Under the pieces are notes generated by a model, which saw only the letters and a program-made list of their open reading frames with translations, was not told where the DNA came from and searched no databases. The position numbers and the translations under genes are program-made. Positions 36,521 to 38,026 of a stretch of 38,026 nt of DNA are shown in pieces. The first letter of the stretch is position 1. Every line of letters starts with the position of its first letter. Origin of the DNA: Chiloscyllium plagiosum (Eukaryota); contig NW_025214932.1 in NCBI RefSeq assembly GCF_004010195.1, forward strand, positions 17,311-55,336, read 5' to 3'.

Positions 36521-37479
36521 CCTTGAGATTTGATTTGTTTTTTTCTTGTAACATTTAATTCAAGAATGAAAGAGTTACCAAAACAATCTGTAACCCATTG
36601 TAACAAGTACAATTCTGACAACTGTCTCAGTCAGATTCTGCCAAGGGATCATATTTGCTGTGTTTTCTTTTAGGATGGATGATAATTAAAGATGTTTTGT
36701 TGCTGCCCTTTGAAACATTGTCACTTCTATTCCAGAGAGAATAACTCCTCCCCTGAGCTTAGGTGGATGAGTAGACCAGTCACACCACAGTTCTACCATA
36801 ACAGATGCAACTTCCAACAAAGACCAACACACCCTTCCTTCAGCTATTCATGTAACCCGTTGTTCTCCATTGTTGGTTAGACCATTCGTCCTCACTAAAC
36901 AACAGTGGTGAGTGATACACCCTGTGGTACACTCATTCGTATAAAGTTATACTGGTAAACATGCAGATGGAAGCTTAGCGCTGCCCCTCTACTGGTTACA
37001 AACAAAGCGAGAGGGGTCTGTCCATTCTCAGAGGAAAGAAGTATTATTCTATGTGTGAAGGTATGAAAGGAAACAGAAGAGAACACATTACAAAGGTATA
37101 AACTGTATCAGTATGGGTGTTATATTATTGATCAGATTTTACAAAAGATTCCAGTTTTGGAACATTTACCAACTGTGTCTGGAACTAATACATTGGTTGT
37201 AGTTTCCATCTGTGAAGTTATCAGGCAGGTAAATGGGCCAGAGTGAATGGTAAGTCATTGCTACCCTCCTCCTGACCTCAGTAGCATATGAGTCAGCCAA
37301 CTCTAAATGAGTTGGTTGTCAATCTAATGTCAGTGTGTAGCGATAGCTGATCGATTCGGCTGAATGCCGAAACCGTTAGCACAGAAGATTTCACTGAGAT
37401 TTCCACTATTCTGTACTTCAGTTCACCCATTTAAATTATGCAGTGACAGGAATTATTTGTTCCAACTCTGGGTGAACAG

Positions 37480-37485
37480 TTTATT
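37480..37485 (-). terminator. Candidate polyadenylation signal AATAAA
   Basis: tttatt on plus, 27 nt beyond the stop of the minus-strand exon. Confidence 0.45.
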
Positions 37486-37512
37486 TCCTCCAGAATAAAT
37501 GAAGGGTAAAAT

Positions 37513-37784
37513 TCACAAATATTTCCTTCCTTCTTGAGCAGTCTTGCAGGAACCATTGACATCAGCACCTGCATTCCCCAAGTATGCTCCCGGTGGTGAA
37601 GGCCTGTGGCGGATCAGCTCAAAGTTATTGTTGTACATTTGCAAAAACTCAGTGTTTGCTGTCTGTAGTTTTATTGTGTTGATTGCGAAGACAAAATGGA
37701 AGTCTCTTGCAAAATCAGAAGGGAAAAATGTAGTTTCAGCTTTTGATCTGAATTTTGAAATAAGAAAGATATCCATCTTCAGTT
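37513..37784 (-). CDS. Candidate terminal coding exon of an unidentified gene extending beyond the window
   Basis: Minus-strand acceptor gtcctgctttcttttcag|AA; open frame LKMDIFLISKFRSK...ELIRHRPSPPGAYLGNAGADVNGSCKTAQEGRKYL* followed by AATAAA; not repeat-like. Confidence 0.5.
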
Positions 37785-37965
37785 CTGAAAAGAAAGCAGG
37801 ACTCTATTTAAATGGCACTATCTTGAGGAGAAATTGTTTGAGAAAATTGTGTATTTATTTGGGATGTTGTGAGCTTCATAAGTGTCATGCATATCTTGTA
37901 CAAGTCACTTTCCTGTAGGATTGCAAACAGGCTGTTGAGCCCATTGAGCCTCCTCAACTTTTTTT

Positions 37966-38026
37966 AGATTAGATTCCCTACAGTATGGGTACAGATCCTT
38001 CTGCCCAACAAGTCCACGCTGACCCT
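37966..38026 (-). mobile_element. HE1-type SINE 3' end (cut by window edge)
   Basis: tagattagattccctacagt...gcccaacaagtccacgctgaccct is the reverse complement of the tail at 996-1058. Confidence 0.85.

Noticed and set aside
36978..36997. CTCF-like site ccagtagaggggcagc on minus
   Set aside because: One extra G relative to the core consensus; cannot be supported without a motif score.
37370..37378. aaaccgtta equals the first 9 nt of miR-451
   Set aside because: The rest of the mature sequence and its self-complementary hairpin are absent.
37555..37580. AGADVN ankyrin-like motif in the minus-strand exon
   Set aside because: No TPLH motif or repeat periodicity around it.
37544..37918. 124-aa plus-strand ORF
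   Set aside because: Non-ATG start and antisense to the better-supported minus-strand exon.

Overview
Eukaryotic, AT-rich, CpG-depleted genomic DNA. The repeat families (HE1-type V-SINEs, DeuSINE/SacSINE1-like elements, HER1/CR1 LINEs, Penelope pLTRs) point to an elasmobranch (shark); this is inferred from recognised repeats only. Nearly all ORFs in the track are spurious or decayed transposon fragments. The window is a mosaic of CR1, L2/CR1-group, Rex1/Babar and Penelope-like retroelements, several SINEs and one decayed POGK/pogo-like DNA transposon. The most interesting signal is a set of Penelope-derived fold-back elements from three families carrying minimal hammerhead-ribozyme motifs (CTGANGA-stem II-GAAA-CGTC), with one intact core and a compensatory stem II change between copies. 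One TSD-flanked fold-back (21252-21627) has about 180 bp of sequence between its arms that is an inverted copy of a locus-specific chimeric segment about 1 kb downstream (22529-22712); that segment has since undergone a 24-bp micro-inversion. The only credible host coding sequence is an unidentified minus-strand terminal exon (37784-37513). A speculative plus-strand spliced non-coding transcript may converge on it. Repeat boundaries are approximate (read by eye).
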